Shown: positions 1 through 9,762 of the stretch, one piece after another
How positions within the stretch are numbered: the stretch's first letter is position 1
How the letters are laid out: each line of letters opens with the position of its first letter
NCBI GenBank assembly: GCA_040880465.1
Contig: JBBDIK010000012.1
Location: forward strand, 2,353-66,352
Length of the DNA stretch: 64,000 bases
Source of the DNA: Actinomycetota bacterium
GTDB taxonomy: Bacteria; Actinomycetota; UBA4738; JBBDHU01
Reading direction: 5' to 3'
The notes under the pieces: model-generated
Told to the model about the DNA's origin: nothing
What the model saw: the letters and a program-made list of their open reading frames with translations, nothing else
The model's database searches: none
Program-made: the position numbers and the translations under genes

Positions 1-2
1 CC

Positions 3-674
3 AAGCTCAACGTTGGTCTCACTCAGGCGGACTTTGGCTCCGCGGTCGCGGACGCCAATGTGGCGATGGACAGGGTCGATGCCCCCTCACTACCGGGCGA
101 GTGCGCTGGAATCTTCCAAGGACCGATGATTGACGCGATTGAGCTATACACCTCCACGAACACTGAATGGAACGACTGCATCACCACGACCGCCTGCGAC
201 ACGGATAGGCTCAACATGCAACCCGACTGGACCGAAGCTTCGATCGCGATTGCCACAGCTCACGAGCAACTCGATGCGGTTGAGCAGCTTGATGTGGCAG
301 TCGCCATGGAGGGGAGCCTTGCCCCATCTGCGGATAGTGCAGCCGACTCGGACATGATGCAGGACAGGCTCCGAAACAGCATCGCCGCGGCCAAGATCTA
401 CTGGACTGAAGGGGGCACCTACTCAGGCCTTGACGCGGCTCAAGCCAGTGCCTTGGAACCGAGCAATCACTGGGCTGACGGGTCGGCGCCGACGCCTGGG
501 CAGGTGTCGATCGTCGTTGCTAGCGGCAACACGATTCAGCTGGTGGCTGGATCGGATGAGGGAATGTTCCTCTGCTACTACGAGGACCTGGACACCCAGG
601 GCTACAACGCAAGCATGGACTTCGCAGATGTGGACGGCATCGGAGAGTGCGGCAACCCCGTGCCCTGGCTCTGA
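3..674 (+). CDS. hypothetical protein, possibly 5'-truncated by the window edge (first in-window start is GTG at 60)
   Basis: Frame is open from nt 3 to the stop at 674. Composition is protein-like (acidic, Thr/Ser-rich), unlike the Arg/Pro-rich overlapping frames. No family recognised. Confidence 0.45.
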   Translation, partial: KLNVGLTQADFGSAVADANVAMDRVDAPSLPGECAGIFQGPMIDAIELYTSTNTEWNDCITTTACDTDRLNMQPDWTEASIAIATAHEQLDAVEQLDVAVAMEGSLAPSADSAADSDMMQDRLRNSIAAAKIYWTEGGTYSGLDAAQASALEPSNHWADGSAPTPGQVSIVVASGNTIQLVAGSDEGMFLCYYEDLDTQGYNASMDFADVDGIGECGNPVPWL

Positions 675-1188
675 CCCGCTCAGCAGGATTGACGGGGTCG
701 CGGGGTCACGCATCTGCCCAGTGAAGGTTCTCCACATATCGAATCGAGCGGAGGGTGCGGTGAGCATTTCCGCTCTTGCGCCATCTTTGACCGTGGGGGA
801 AACCTCAGCGCCAGGGCATGGTGGGCGGGATAGAGGTGACGAAGAAGGTCTGCGTCCGTCCGCGAACCCTGCCGATTCGCCTCAAGCAAGGCGTCCATGA
901 ATCCCCCACGCTTCTCGGATCGATCTCGCGCCGAAACGATGGGCGTTCAGGTGTTCTTGTGGAACCCGCGGCACGCGTCCGAACAGGCCCTGGATCAGCT
1001 AAGCCTCAGCCTCACGTGGTGTCCACCGAATCAGGGCGCCTTCTGCGACTGAACCTGCAAACGAACTGCAAACGCGCTGCGGGAATCTGGGGGAATCGCG
1101 ATGCCGGACACCCCGTCGAACTTTCCCAACACGCCCGTATTCTTTGGGTGAAGGTCGCGCCAGGATGGCCCCGGTCAGGTGCGTTCTA

Positions 1189-1233
1189 GAACTGTTAATC
1201 CGTAGGTTCTGGGTTCGAGTCCCAGCCCCGGAG
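1189..1233 (+). other. tRNA-Asn(GUU) 3'-half fragment (anticodon loop to discriminator), an att-like remnant
   Basis: ACTGTTAATCCGTAGGTTCTGGGTTCGAGTCCCAGCCCCGGAG reads as anticodon loop CUGUUAA, T arm CTGGG/TTCGAGT/CCCAG and a 3' acceptor strand. No complementary 5' acceptor strand (TCCGGGG) or D arm lies upstream, so it is not a complete gene. Confidence 0.6.
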
Positions 1234-1354
1234 CATCATCCCGACGACCTCTTGCCCCGGTGCCTGGGCGAAGAGAGCGTCGCGCGGCGCTTTTCCACAC
1301 ACCCGCATCCGGCTTAGCGGAAATGGCGTAAAGGCGGCCCCGAGGTGATCCGAT

Positions 1355-1810
1355 GTGTGGGATATGGAACGCTTGAAAACCATGCTCTGCGTGTCGATCG
1401 TCGCGGCGCTTATCGGCGCGGGCCTGCCCTCGCAGGTTGCGGTGGCCGGCACGAGTTCGGATCAGGAAACGATGGCCGACCTCACGAACCGGGCCCGCGA
1501 GCGGAGAGACATCCGTCCGCTCTCGCTGAACCGCCAGCTCTCGGACTACGCCCAGCGTCATAGCGCGCAGATGGCCCGGCGAGGGCGGCTGTTCCACACC
1601 GGGAACCTGGCCAGGGTGCTCGACGGCATCAACTGGTCGCGGGCCGGCGAGAACGTCGGCGTCGGCGGGAGCCTCCCGGTCGTCCAGGACGCATTCATGA
1701 ACAGCCCGGGGCATCGCGCGAACATCCTTGACCGGCGGTTCGACCATGTGGCGACCGGCGTGGTGCACCGGGGCGGACGGTACTGGATCACGGTCATCTT
1801 CTACGGCTAG
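1355..1810 (+). CDS. secreted CAP/SCP (PR-1/YkwD-like) domain protein
   Basis: N-terminal signal peptide (LCVSIVAALIGAGLPSQVAVA). CAP-family motifs are HSAQMARRGRLFH, GENVG, SPGHRANIL and HVATGV. An alternative ATG lies at 1364. Confidence 0.8.
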   Translation: MWDMERLKTMLCVSIVAALIGAGLPSQVAVAGTSSDQETMADLTNRARERRDIRPLSLNRQLSDYAQRHSAQMARRGRLFHTGNLARVLDGINWSRAGENVGVGGSLPVVQDAFMNSPGHRANILDRRFDHVATGVVHRGGRYWITVIFYG

Positions 1811-1902
1811 CGTTCGATCCACGGGCCGTTGGGCCGGGCGGTCCGTCGATCCGCGCGAGGCCCGCACCCCGGAGGGGCGATCGCCGCCGGCGTTGTCGAC
1901 CG

Positions 1903-2448
1903 GTGGTGGACTCGGGGATACTCCACCGAATGATCCCGCAAGCGCAGATCCTCGGTGGACCGGTGACGTTCGTTGGGACCAGGCTTCGCCCGCTCCGGGG
2001 CGGAGCGAGGTTCCGAAAGGAGGGCTCCGTCCGCTGGAACGACGGTGGTATCCGCGTCGACGGTTCCCACCTCATGAAGTCGGGGATCCGAGCGGTCGTG
2101 ATCGTGCTCGGCCTGTTCCTGGGGGTCATCGGGGTTCTCCTCATGGTGATCCTGACCGAGAACGCGTTCCTCACCTCCGCATCGCTCGCACTGGGCTGGG
2201 ATGAGGTCTCCAGGTTCGCCTACTTCCAGAAGAAGGGAGTCATCTCCATCGACCTGGGGGGCCGGGAACTCTCTCCCGTCACGTTCAAGGGGGAAGCCGC
2301 GCTGGCCCTTGCGGAGGCCCTTCGGGCACGACACCCGGACCGGGAAGTCGAAGTGAAGGGAACGACCGATATCGGTCTGCTCGTGGCTGCGCTCGTCATG
2401 CTGGCGATCATCATCGGCATCGTGGCCTTCGTACTCGTGCGGTACTAG
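1903..2448 (+). CDS. hypothetical membrane protein (two TM helices)
   Basis: Hydrophobic segments IRAVVIVLGLFLGVIGVLLMVIL and IGLLVAALVMLAIIIGIVAFVLV. The start codon is uncertain. Confidence 0.5.
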   Translation: MVDSGILHRMIPQAQILGGPVTFVGTRLRPLRGGARFRKEGSVRWNDGGIRVDGSHLMKSGIRAVVIVLGLFLGVIGVLLMVILTENAFLTSASLALGWDEVSRFAYFQKKGVISIDLGGRELSPVTFKGEAALALAEALRARHPDREVEVKGTTDIGLLVAALVMLAIIIGIVAFVLVRY

Positions 2449-2472
2449 CCGCGGAGAGGAAAGGACCGGCTG

Positions 2473-4920
2473 GTGAGCGGTCGGCGGATCGTGATCATCG
2501 GCGCCGGGGTCGTCGGCGTCGGATTGGCCGACGAACTCGCCCGGCTCGGTGAGCGAGATATCACGGTCATCGACAAGGGCCCGCTGTTCGCGACGGGCGG
2601 CTCCTCCGCGCACGCGCCGGGACTGGTGAGCCGGACCAGCACGTCGAAGTTCCTCTCGGACACCGCCGATTACACCATCCGCAAGTTCCAGGCGCTCTCG
2701 ACCGGGGAGGGACCGGCGTTCCCGGGACTCGGAACGCTCGAGGTCGCCTACAACGAGGCGCGACTGCAGGAGCTTTGGCGCCGACACGACGCCGCGCGAT
2801 CGTTCGGGTGGCGCGGCCGGATGATCGAGCCCGATGAGGCGCTTTCGCTCTGGCCGATCATCAACCCGGACGGCTTGATCGGCGCCTACACCACCGAGGA
2901 CGAAGGGCTCGCTGCATCCCTACGAGCCGTGGAGGCTATGGGCGAGCGTGCCGCAGATGCCGGTGTCACGTTCCTGGGTGAGACCGAAGTGACCGGATTC
3001 CAGACCACGGAAGGGAAGGTGACGGGTGTCGTGGTTGCCGGCGGCGGCGGCGGCGGCGACGCGATCCCGGCCGACGTCGTGATCTGCTGTGCAGGCGTGT
3101 GGGGGCCGAAACTCGGGGCCAGCGTGGGTCTGACGCTGCCCGTCATGCCGATGGAGCATCAGTACGCCATCACGACCGACATCCCGCAGCTCGCCGGGAA
3201 CGCCGCCCGCGAGGCAACCATGCCGATCCTTCGTCACCACGACATCGGCATCTACTTCCGAGATCACGGCGCCGGCGTCGGGATCGGTTCGTTCCATCAC
3301 CGGGCGCTGCCCGTGGCCCCTGAGGCGATCGACGGGCATGAACGAAACGTCGAGGACGGCCTCGCGTTCGCGTTCACCGACGAGGACTGGACGGAGGCCT
3401 GGGAGCTCGTTGCCGAGTTCCTCCCGCCGGTCGCGGACGCCGGGCTCGCGAGCAAGTTCAACGGCATCTTCGGCTTCACGCCGGACGGGTATCCGGTTGT
3501 GGGGGAGCATCCGGAACTCGCCGGACTCTGGTTCGCGCTCTCCATCTGGGTGACGCATTCCCAGGGCGTCGCGCGGGCGGTGGCCCAGACGCTGGTCGAT
3601 GGAGGCTCGGAGATGGATCTATCGCCGGCGGATCTGTCACGGTTCGACGAACGGGAGCTGGAACCCTCCTTCTTCGAACCGCGGTGCGAGGACCAGTACC
3701 GGGACGTCTACGTCGCTCACCATCCCGTCGAGCCCGGCGTTTCCGCGCGCGACATCCGGTTCTCGCCGTTCGCCGAACGCCAGCGCGAGCTCGGCGCGGT
3801 GTTCTTCAACGTCGCGACCTGGGAACGTCCCCAGTGGTACGAGGCGAACGCCACGCTCGCTGACGGCCTGCCGCCACTCTCACGCGATGAGTGGTCCGGC
3901 CGCCATTGGTCGCCGATCGCGGTCGCGGAGCATCTGGCTACGCGGGAGCGGGCCGGGCTCTTCGACATGACGCCGCTGTATCGCATCGAGGTGACCGGAC
4001 CGGGGGCCGAGGCGTTCCTGCTGCGGATGATCGCCGCGCGCACCGATCGACCGGTCGGATCGGTCGTCTACTCGGTGTTGCTCGACGAACGGGGCGGCAT
4101 CCGCTCGGACGTCACGGTAACGCGGCTGGCGGAGGATCGCTACTGGATCGGCGGCAACGGCCCGCGCGATCTGGCGTGGATCCGCGCGCATGCGCCGTCC
4201 GACGGCTCCGTCGCGCTGCGCTTCATCTCAGACGACGTCGCGTGTGCAGGCCTGTGGGGACCGGCGGCGCGAGACATCCTGTCGTCGGTGACAGATGCGG
4301 ATCTATCGAACGATGCGTTCCCGTACCTGACCACGCAGGAGATATCGGTCGCCGGCGTGAGGGTCACCGCCGTCCGGATCTCGTATGCGGGTGAGCTGGG
4401 GTGGGAGTTGACGTCGACCGCGACCGACGGACCGGCGTTGTGGGACTCGCTGTGGTCGGCGGGGCAGGCGCGGGGACTGGTCGCGGGGGGACGGGCGGCG
4501 CTCGGAACGCTCCGGCTCGAGAAGGGCTACCGCGCATGGGGAACCGAACTGACTCCGGAGTACGGCCCGGTCGAGTCCGGGCTCGGGTTCGCGGTTCGCC
4601 GTGATGACTCCGAGTTCCTGGGCCGGGCCGGTGTCCTCGAACGTGGCGAGGCTGCGGCGCGCCGCCTCCGGTGCCTCGTCCTCGAAGGTGAGCAAGTCGT
4701 GATGGGATCGGAGCCGGTGATGGCGGGTGACGAGTGCGTGGGCTACGTGACGAGCGGCGGCTGGGGAGCCTCCGTCGGCGAGAGTATCGCCTACGGGTGG
4801 GTAGACGACCTTCTCGGCGAGGGTGACGCCGTCGAGGTCTGGTACTTCGACCGGCACCTGGCGGCGACCATCGCATCCGAACCCCGGTTCGACCCTGCCG
4901 GCGAACGCGTTCGCTCGTAA
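2473..4920 (+). CDS. FAD-dependent oxidoreductase fused to an aminomethyltransferase (GcvT) domain; dimethylglycine/sarcosine dehydrogenase family
   Basis: GTG start preceded by GGAGAGGAAAGG. N-terminal dinucleotide fold IVIIGAGVVGVGLADEL. The C-terminal half has GcvT-like folate-binding motifs (ISYAGELGWEL, LRLEKGY). Confidence 0.9.
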   Translation: MSGRRIVIIGAGVVGVGLADELARLGERDITVIDKGPLFATGGSSAHAPGLVSRTSTSKFLSDTADYTIRKFQALSTGEGPAFPGLGTLEVAYNEARLQELWRRHDAARSFGWRGRMIEPDEALSLWPIINPDGLIGAYTTEDEGLAASLRAVEAMGERAADAGVTFLGETEVTGFQTTEGKVTGVVVAGGGGGGDAIPADVVICCAGVWGPKLGASVGLTLPVMPMEHQYAITTDIPQLAGNAAREATMPILRHHDIGIYFRDHGAGVGIGSFHHRALPVAPEAIDGHERNVEDGLAFAFTDEDWTEAWELVAEFLPPVADAGLASKFNGIFGFTPDGYPVVGEHPELAGLWFALSIWVTHSQGVARAVAQTLVDGGSEMDLSPADLSRFDERELEPSFFEPRCEDQYRDVYVAHHPVEPGVSARDIRFSPFAERQRELGAVFFNVATWERPQWYEANATLADGLPPLSRDEWSGRHWSPIAVAEHLATRERAGLFDMTPLYRIEVTGPGAEAFLLRMIAARTDRPVGSVVYSVLLDERGGIRSDVTVTRLAEDRYWIGGNGPRDLAWIRAHAPSDGSVALRFISDDVACAGLWGPAARDILSSVTDADLSNDAFPYLTTQEISVAGVRVTAVRISYAGELGWELTSTATDGPALWDSLWSAGQARGLVAGGRAALGTLRLEKGYRAWGTELTPEYGPVESGLGFAVRRDDSEFLGRAGVLERGEAAARRLRCLVLEGEQVVMGSEPVMAGDECVGYVTSGGWGASVGESIAYGWVDDLLGEGDAVEVWYFDRHLAATIASEPRFDPAGERVRS

Positions 4921-4930
4921 GCTGCTGGCC

Positions 4931-6094
4931 ATGGATCGCCCGGAAGGTCTGACGCTCTCGAACTGGCTCGATGCGCCGTACAACCGGTGGGGGTTCTGGC
5001 ACGTCCGCCAGATGACCAGGACGGCACGGATCTCGCGCGGTGAGGGTCCGGTCACCCACCTGCCCCGCGCGGAGCGTTCGTTCGACGACATCGTCGTCGA
5101 GTACGAAGGCGAGCGGTTCGACTGGGACCGGTACCTGGCGGAGACGTTCACGGATGCGCTCGTCGTGATCCACGATGGGACGCTCATCCACGAGTGGTAC
5201 GCCGGCGGCTACGGGCCCACCGACACGCATCTGCTCATGTCCTGTTCGAAGTCGCTGACCGCGACGTACCTGGGCGTGCTCGTCGGCGACGGCCGGGTCG
5301 ACCCATTGGCGACCGTGCCCGACTACATCCCGCGGCTGCGCGGCACGGCGTGGGAAGGGTGCATCGTGCAGTCGGTGCTCGATATGCGCGCCGGTGCTCG
5401 GTTCGACGAGAGCGACTACGACAACCCGGAGAGCGACGGGCGGCTCATCGAGGAGGTCTCGGGCTACCGCCCACGCGTTCGTGAAGGACTGCCGGCCGAT
5501 ACCGCTGCGTGGATCGCCGGTATCGAGAACGAACGCGAACACGGAGGCATCTTCGAATACCGCTCGATCCTGACCGACGTGCTGGCCTGGATCATCCAGG
5601 AGGTCACCGGCGAGCACTTCGCGACGGGGTTCTCGCGCGATGTCTGGAGCCGGATCGGCGCCGAGCGCGATGCGGACCTGATCGTGGACGAGGCCGGGTT
5701 CCCCGTCGTGGAGGGCGGTATCTCCACGAGCGCCCGCGACTTCGCGCGATTCGGCTTGATGTGCTTGCAGGGCGGCGAGATCGACGGGAAGCGCGTCATC
5801 CCGGCCGACTGGCTGGGGCGCCTGCAGGTGCGCGATCAGGATCTGATCGACGCATACATCGCGACTCAGGGCGTGGACCCGGCTTTCCCCGACTCGTTCT
5901 ACCACGACCAGTGGTGGGTGCTCGACCCGGCAGCGGGCATCTATTCGGGCTATGGGATCAACGGCCAGCAGCTCTTGATCCACCACCCGTCGGAAACCGT
6001 CGTCGCCAAGTTCTCGACGTGGCCGACCGCGGACAGCGGGCTCGGGCTTCAGGACGCCGGGCTGGCCGCAGCATGCGGTCGCCTGCTCGGATGA
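4931..6094 (+). CDS. serine hydrolase, beta-lactamase/transpeptidase-like family
   Basis: S-x-x-K motif (SCSKS) in a class-C beta-lactamase-like context. ATG at 4931 lies 11 nt after the upstream stop. Its stop overlaps the next start (ATGA at 6091-6094). The ORF-track extension to 4823 overlaps the preceding gene. Confidence 0.85.
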   Translation: MDRPEGLTLSNWLDAPYNRWGFWHVRQMTRTARISRGEGPVTHLPRAERSFDDIVVEYEGERFDWDRYLAETFTDALVVIHDGTLIHEWYAGGYGPTDTHLLMSCSKSLTATYLGVLVGDGRVDPLATVPDYIPRLRGTAWEGCIVQSVLDMRAGARFDESDYDNPESDGRLIEEVSGYRPRVREGLPADTAAWIAGIENEREHGGIFEYRSILTDVLAWIIQEVTGEHFATGFSRDVWSRIGAERDADLIVDEAGFPVVEGGISTSARDFARFGLMCLQGGEIDGKRVIPADWLGRLQVRDQDLIDAYIATQGVDPAFPDSFYHDQWWVLDPAAGIYSGYGINGQQLLIHHPSETVVAKFSTWPTADSGLGLQDAGLAAACGRLLG

Positions 6095-8601
6095 GCGGAG
6101 CAGAAGCCTTCCCGGACGAGCGGCTGCTGGACGATTCCATCAGTGCGGCATCGTTCCTCGGGGCGGATGCCGTCACCGCTCCGCTCCCGTCGCGAGCGCG
6201 CATCGTCGTCATCGGCGCGGGCATCGTCGGCGCTGCCACCGCGGCGCATCTCGCGGAGCTCGGCGAACGGGACGTGTTGCTCCTCGAGCGCGACCGGGTG
6301 GCCTCGGGGACGTCATGGCACGCCGCCGGACTGCTCGCCCGGATGCGCGGTTCGCATGCCCTGACGGAACTCTCCAGCTATGGCGTCGAGGTCTACCGCG
6401 GGCTCGAGGCGAGGACCGGCCTCCCGCTAGCCTTCAACGAGAACGGTTCGCTCACGCTCGCACGCCAGCCCGGACGGGTCGATGAGTTGAAGTCCATGGG
6501 CGTGATGGCCCGCCATCACGACGTCGAGGCGCACCTGCTGACTCCCGACGCCCTTGCGGGCGTGCATCCGCTCGTCTCGGCCGACGGCGTGCTCGCGGCG
6601 CTTCATCAACCGGGTGACGCGATGATCAATCCCGGGTGGGGCGCCGCAGCGATGGTCAAGTGGGCATCCGACGCTGGGGTGAGCGTTCGCGAGGGCGCGC
6701 GCATCACGGGATTGAAGGTAGACGACGTGGCCGGCATGCCTCGCGTGACGGGTGTCACGACCGAGCAGGGCGATGTGGAGGCCGAGGTCGTGGTCCTGTG
6801 CGCGGGCATCTGGACCCGGGAACTCGCGGCGTCGGTCGGGGCGCTCGTGCCCCTCTACGCGGCCGAGCACGTTCACGTAACGACAGGACCGGTACGTGGC
6901 GCGGTGCCGTCCATGCCGCTCATCCGCGACCTGGACGGGTACCTGTACGTGCGGCACCACCAGGGCTGCTTGGTCGTAGGCGCGTTCGAACCGGACGGCA
7001 AGCCCCGCGCGATGGACACGATCGGTGATGACTTCTCGTTCGGCGAGTTCGAACCCGACTGGGAGCACTTTCGGCCCGTCCGCGAGAACGCCGAGCGCGC
7101 GGTGCCCACGTTGCGTGACACCACCTACGAGCGGTTCCTGTGCGCCCCGGAGTCCTTCACGCCGGACGTCAACTTCTGCTTGGGAGAGACGCCCGAAGTC
7201 GCGGGCCTCTACGTCGGCGCCGGGTTCAACTCGCAGGGGATCATCTTCGCGCCGGGGGTTGGGAGGGCACTGGCCCAGTGGATCGTCGGCGGGGCACCCG
7301 CCTTCGATGCGTCGGCCGTCGACGTGGCCCGGTTCGATGCCGCGCAGGGGGATCCCGGATACCTGCACGAGCGCACGCGGGAGAGCCTGGGCCGCCTCTA
7401 CGCGATGCACTGGCCGCACATCCAGTCGGAGGCGGCCCGCGGATTGCTTCATACACCGCTCACCGAACGACTGCGCGACGCCGGCGCCTTCCTCGGGGAG
7501 GCGAACGGGTGGGAGCGCCCGATGTGGTTCGCGCGCGGCGGGCAGGAGCCGGAGATCGTCTACTCGTATAGGCGGCAGAACTGGTTCGATGCTTCGGGGG
7601 AAGAGCATCGCGCGGCGCGGGAGGGCGTGGCGTTCTTCGATCTGTCCTCGTTCGCGAAGACCGAGGTGGCGGGGCCCGAGGCGGCCGTCGCCGTTCAGCA
7701 GGTTTGCACCGCCGACATCGGCGCCCTGCCGGTCGGCCGTGCCGTCTACACCTTGATGCTCAACCGGCGGGGCGGGATCGAGGTCGACGGCACCGTTCTG
7801 CGGCGCGGCCCTGATCGCTTCCTGGTCATCACGCCGACCCTTGCGCAGCGGAAGACCGAGTGGATCATCCGGCGCTCCGCGGCCGGGCGCGACGCTACGG
7901 TGACGAACGTCACGGGCGACATCGCGGTGCTGCATCTGGCCGGGCCAGGGAGCTTGGATCTCTTGCAGCGACTCACGTCGGACGATGTGGCCGGTCTCGG
8001 TCGGTTCGCTGCGCGGGACATCCAGGTCGCCGGTGTCGCCGGGACCGTCCTTCGCGTTTCGTTCACGGGGGAGCGCGGATACGAACTGTACGTCCCGGCG
8101 GGGCACGCGCTCGCGGTGTTCGAGCGGATCGTCGAGGCCGGGAAGGAGTTCGACCTGCGTCTCGCCGGACTGAACGCGCTGGATTCCCTCCGCGCGGAGG
8201 TCGGGTACCGCCACCTCGGCCACGACATCGGTCCGGCCGACGACCCGTTCGCCGCAGGCCTCGACCGGTTCGTCGCGATGGACGCGGAGGGTGGGTTCAC
8301 CGGACGCGAAGCGTTGGAAGGCGTGTCGCGCGAGCGACGGCAGGTCCTCCTCCTCCTCGACGACCCCGACCCCGTGCTGTACCACGGCGAGTCGGTGCTT
8401 GCCGACGGCCGTATCGTCGGCGAGGTGACCAGCGCAGCCTACGGCCACACGCTTGGCGCGGCGTGCGGACTCGCGATGCTCGAGCCTGAGGTCGTTGCTT
8501 CGATCCCGGCTGGCGGAACGTCACCAGTGACCGTCGATGTGTTGGGAACCGCGATCCCGGGGCGCGTTTCCCTCGAACCCTTCCGCCGCCCCAAGGGGTA
8601 G
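6091..8601 (+). CDS. second FAD-dependent oxidoreductase/GcvT fusion (dimethylglycine/sarcosine dehydrogenase family paralog)
   Basis: IVVIGAGIVGAATAAHL dinucleotide fold, SWHAAGLL, and a C-terminal GcvT-like domain (SFTGERGYELY). The 1030-aa ORF-track version has an Arg-rich N-extension that overlaps the previous gene and is rejected. Confidence 0.9.
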   Translation: MSGAEAFPDERLLDDSISAASFLGADAVTAPLPSRARIVVIGAGIVGAATAAHLAELGERDVLLLERDRVASGTSWHAAGLLARMRGSHALTELSSYGVEVYRGLEARTGLPLAFNENGSLTLARQPGRVDELKSMGVMARHHDVEAHLLTPDALAGVHPLVSADGVLAALHQPGDAMINPGWGAAAMVKWASDAGVSVREGARITGLKVDDVAGMPRVTGVTTEQGDVEAEVVVLCAGIWTRELAASVGALVPLYAAEHVHVTTGPVRGAVPSMPLIRDLDGYLYVRHHQGCLVVGAFEPDGKPRAMDTIGDDFSFGEFEPDWEHFRPVRENAERAVPTLRDTTYERFLCAPESFTPDVNFCLGETPEVAGLYVGAGFNSQGIIFAPGVGRALAQWIVGGAPAFDASAVDVARFDAAQGDPGYLHERTRESLGRLYAMHWPHIQSEAARGLLHTPLTERLRDAGAFLGEANGWERPMWFARGGQEPEIVYSYRRQNWFDASGEEHRAAREGVAFFDLSSFAKTEVAGPEAAVAVQQVCTADIGALPVGRAVYTLMLNRRGGIEVDGTVLRRGPDRFLVITPTLAQRKTEWIIRRSAAGRDATVTNVTGDIAVLHLAGPGSLDLLQRLTSDDVAGLGRFAARDIQVAGVAGTVLRVSFTGERGYELYVPAGHALAVFERIVEAGKEFDLRLAGLNALDSLRAEVGYRHLGHDIGPADDPFAAGLDRFVAMDAEGGFTGREALEGVSRERRQVLLLLDDPDPVLYHGESVLADGRIVGEVTSAAYGHTLGAACGLAMLEPEVVASIPAGGTSPVTVDVLGTAIPGRVSLEPFRRPKG

Positions 8602-8628
8602 CCTCCGCGAAAGTGGCGGACGAACTCG

Positions 8629-9744
8629 GTGAGGGCCCCTGGTAGGGTCCGCGGCATGCCCGAACCGCATGACCAGGTCGGGGCCGCCGCGCCGCCGCCA
8701 GCGCCGCCTGCGCCCGAACCCGCCTCGGATCCCGCATCCGAACCTGCAGATGAACCGGCGGCGAGTCGGACCGAGCGAGGTGCGGAACGTCGCGCGTCCC
8801 GCGGCCGTGCGTGGCTGATCGCCATCGCGGTGCTCGTCCTCATCGCCCTCATCGCTGCGGCGGTCGTGGCCCTCACCGGAGGACGCCGTCAGCGGTTCCA
8901 TCCCGAACCCGGACCCGGGGCCTACCGCGGCCTCGGCACCTGGGTCGACGTCTACGAGACCGGGGTATGGAACGATCCGGAAGGCGCGGTCGAACGGATG
9001 GAGGCGCGCGGCATCGAGACCGTGTACCTCCAGACCTCCAACTATTCGCGCGACACCGCCATCGTCTTCCCCGAGCCGACCAGCCGGTTCATCGAGGCCG
9101 CCCACGACGCCGACATGCGGGTGGTTGCCTGGTACCTCCCCGGTCTCATCGACCCGAAGCTCGACCTCGAGTATTCGATGGCGGCGATCGACTTCGAATC
9201 CGAAGGCGGCGACCGCTTCGACTCATTCGGACTCGACATCGAGGCCCGCGAGGTCAAGGACCCGGCCGAGCGTTCCAAGATCCTGGTGAAGCTCTCGCGT
9301 CAGATCCGGGACGCGGCAGGTGAGGACTATCCGCTCGGCGCCATCACCCCGAATCCGATGCGCATCGAACACGAACTCGGGTATTGGCCCGGGTTCCCGT
9401 ACGCGGAGATCGCCATGCTCTACGACGTCATCGTTCCGATGGACTATTTCGGGGCGGTGGACGAAGCGGCTGACAAGTCCGGTGCGTTCCGCTACACGCT
9501 GGACGGCATCCGCCTCATCCGCGAGGGTTCCGACCGGCTGAGCGTTCCGATCCACGTGATCGGCGGATTGGCCGAGGATGTCACCGCCCCCGAGCTGCGT
9601 GGGTTCCTGAAGGCGGCGCACAGAGGACGCGCCATCGGCTGGAGCCTGTACAACTTCACGACGACCGGTGACGCCGACTGGGCCGAGCTCGAGGCTGCGT
9701 CTCCGCCGAACGTTCCGCCTATGTCGCCGGGCGCTTCGCCGTAG
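8629..9744 (+). CDS. membrane-anchored hypothetical protein (possible glycoside-hydrolase-like TIM barrel)
   Basis: Pro/Ala-rich N-terminus, one TM helix (WLIAIAVLVLIALIAAAVVAL), then a globular domain. The functional guess is weak. An alternative ATG lies at 8656. Confidence 0.55.
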   Translation: MRAPGRVRGMPEPHDQVGAAAPPPAPPAPEPASDPASEPADEPAASRTERGAERRASRGRAWLIAIAVLVLIALIAAAVVALTGGRRQRFHPEPGPGAYRGLGTWVDVYETGVWNDPEGAVERMEARGIETVYLQTSNYSRDTAIVFPEPTSRFIEAAHDADMRVVAWYLPGLIDPKLDLEYSMAAIDFESEGGDRFDSFGLDIEAREVKDPAERSKILVKLSRQIRDAAGEDYPLGAITPNPMRIEHELGYWPGFPYAEIAMLYDVIVPMDYFGAVDEAADKSGAFRYTLDGIRLIREGSDRLSVPIHVIGGLAEDVTAPELRGFLKAAHRGRAIGWSLYNFTTTGDADWAELEAASPPNVPPMSPGASP

Positions 9745-9762
9745 CTTGGCGACAGCGTCGCC

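Noticed and set aside
675-1188. Decayed tyrosine integrase on the minus strand next to the tRNA-Asn fragment. Short frames read SWRDLH...GIAIPPDS and, ~100 codons later, DADLLRHLYPAHH, vaguely like the L-x-W-x-D and H-x-L-R-H regions.
   Set aside because: The matches are short and spread over different frames. There is also no room for the ~150 N-terminal codons between the putative motif and the tRNA fragment. A tBLASTN or HMM search would be needed, and the call cannot be supported by eye.
1161-1233. Complete tRNA-Asn gene.
   Set aside because: No 5' acceptor strand complementary to CCCCGGA and no D arm are present. Similarity to tRNA-Asn begins only at the anticodon loop, so it is listed as a fragment.
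4364-5986. Long antisense or alternate-frame ORFs typical of high-G+C DNA. Examples are 4364..5986(-), 6427..8448(-), 10739..12286(+), 19616..21139(+), 40334..41626(+), 45530..46771(+), 50671..52458(+), 50858..52531(-), 54004..55164(-), 56154..57620(-), 57978..59042(-) and 60990..62156(+).
   Set aside because: Each mirrors a gene on the other strand or frame that has clear family motifs. Their translations are dominated by Arg, Pro, Gly, Ala and Asp runs with no recognisable domains.
5509-6090. N-terminal 194-codon extension of the second dehydrogenase (the 1030-aa ORF).
   Set aside because: It is Arg/Gly/Pro-rich and fully overlaps the serine hydrolase gene in another frame. The ATG at 6091 gives a canonical N-terminus a short distance upstream of the FAD-binding fold.
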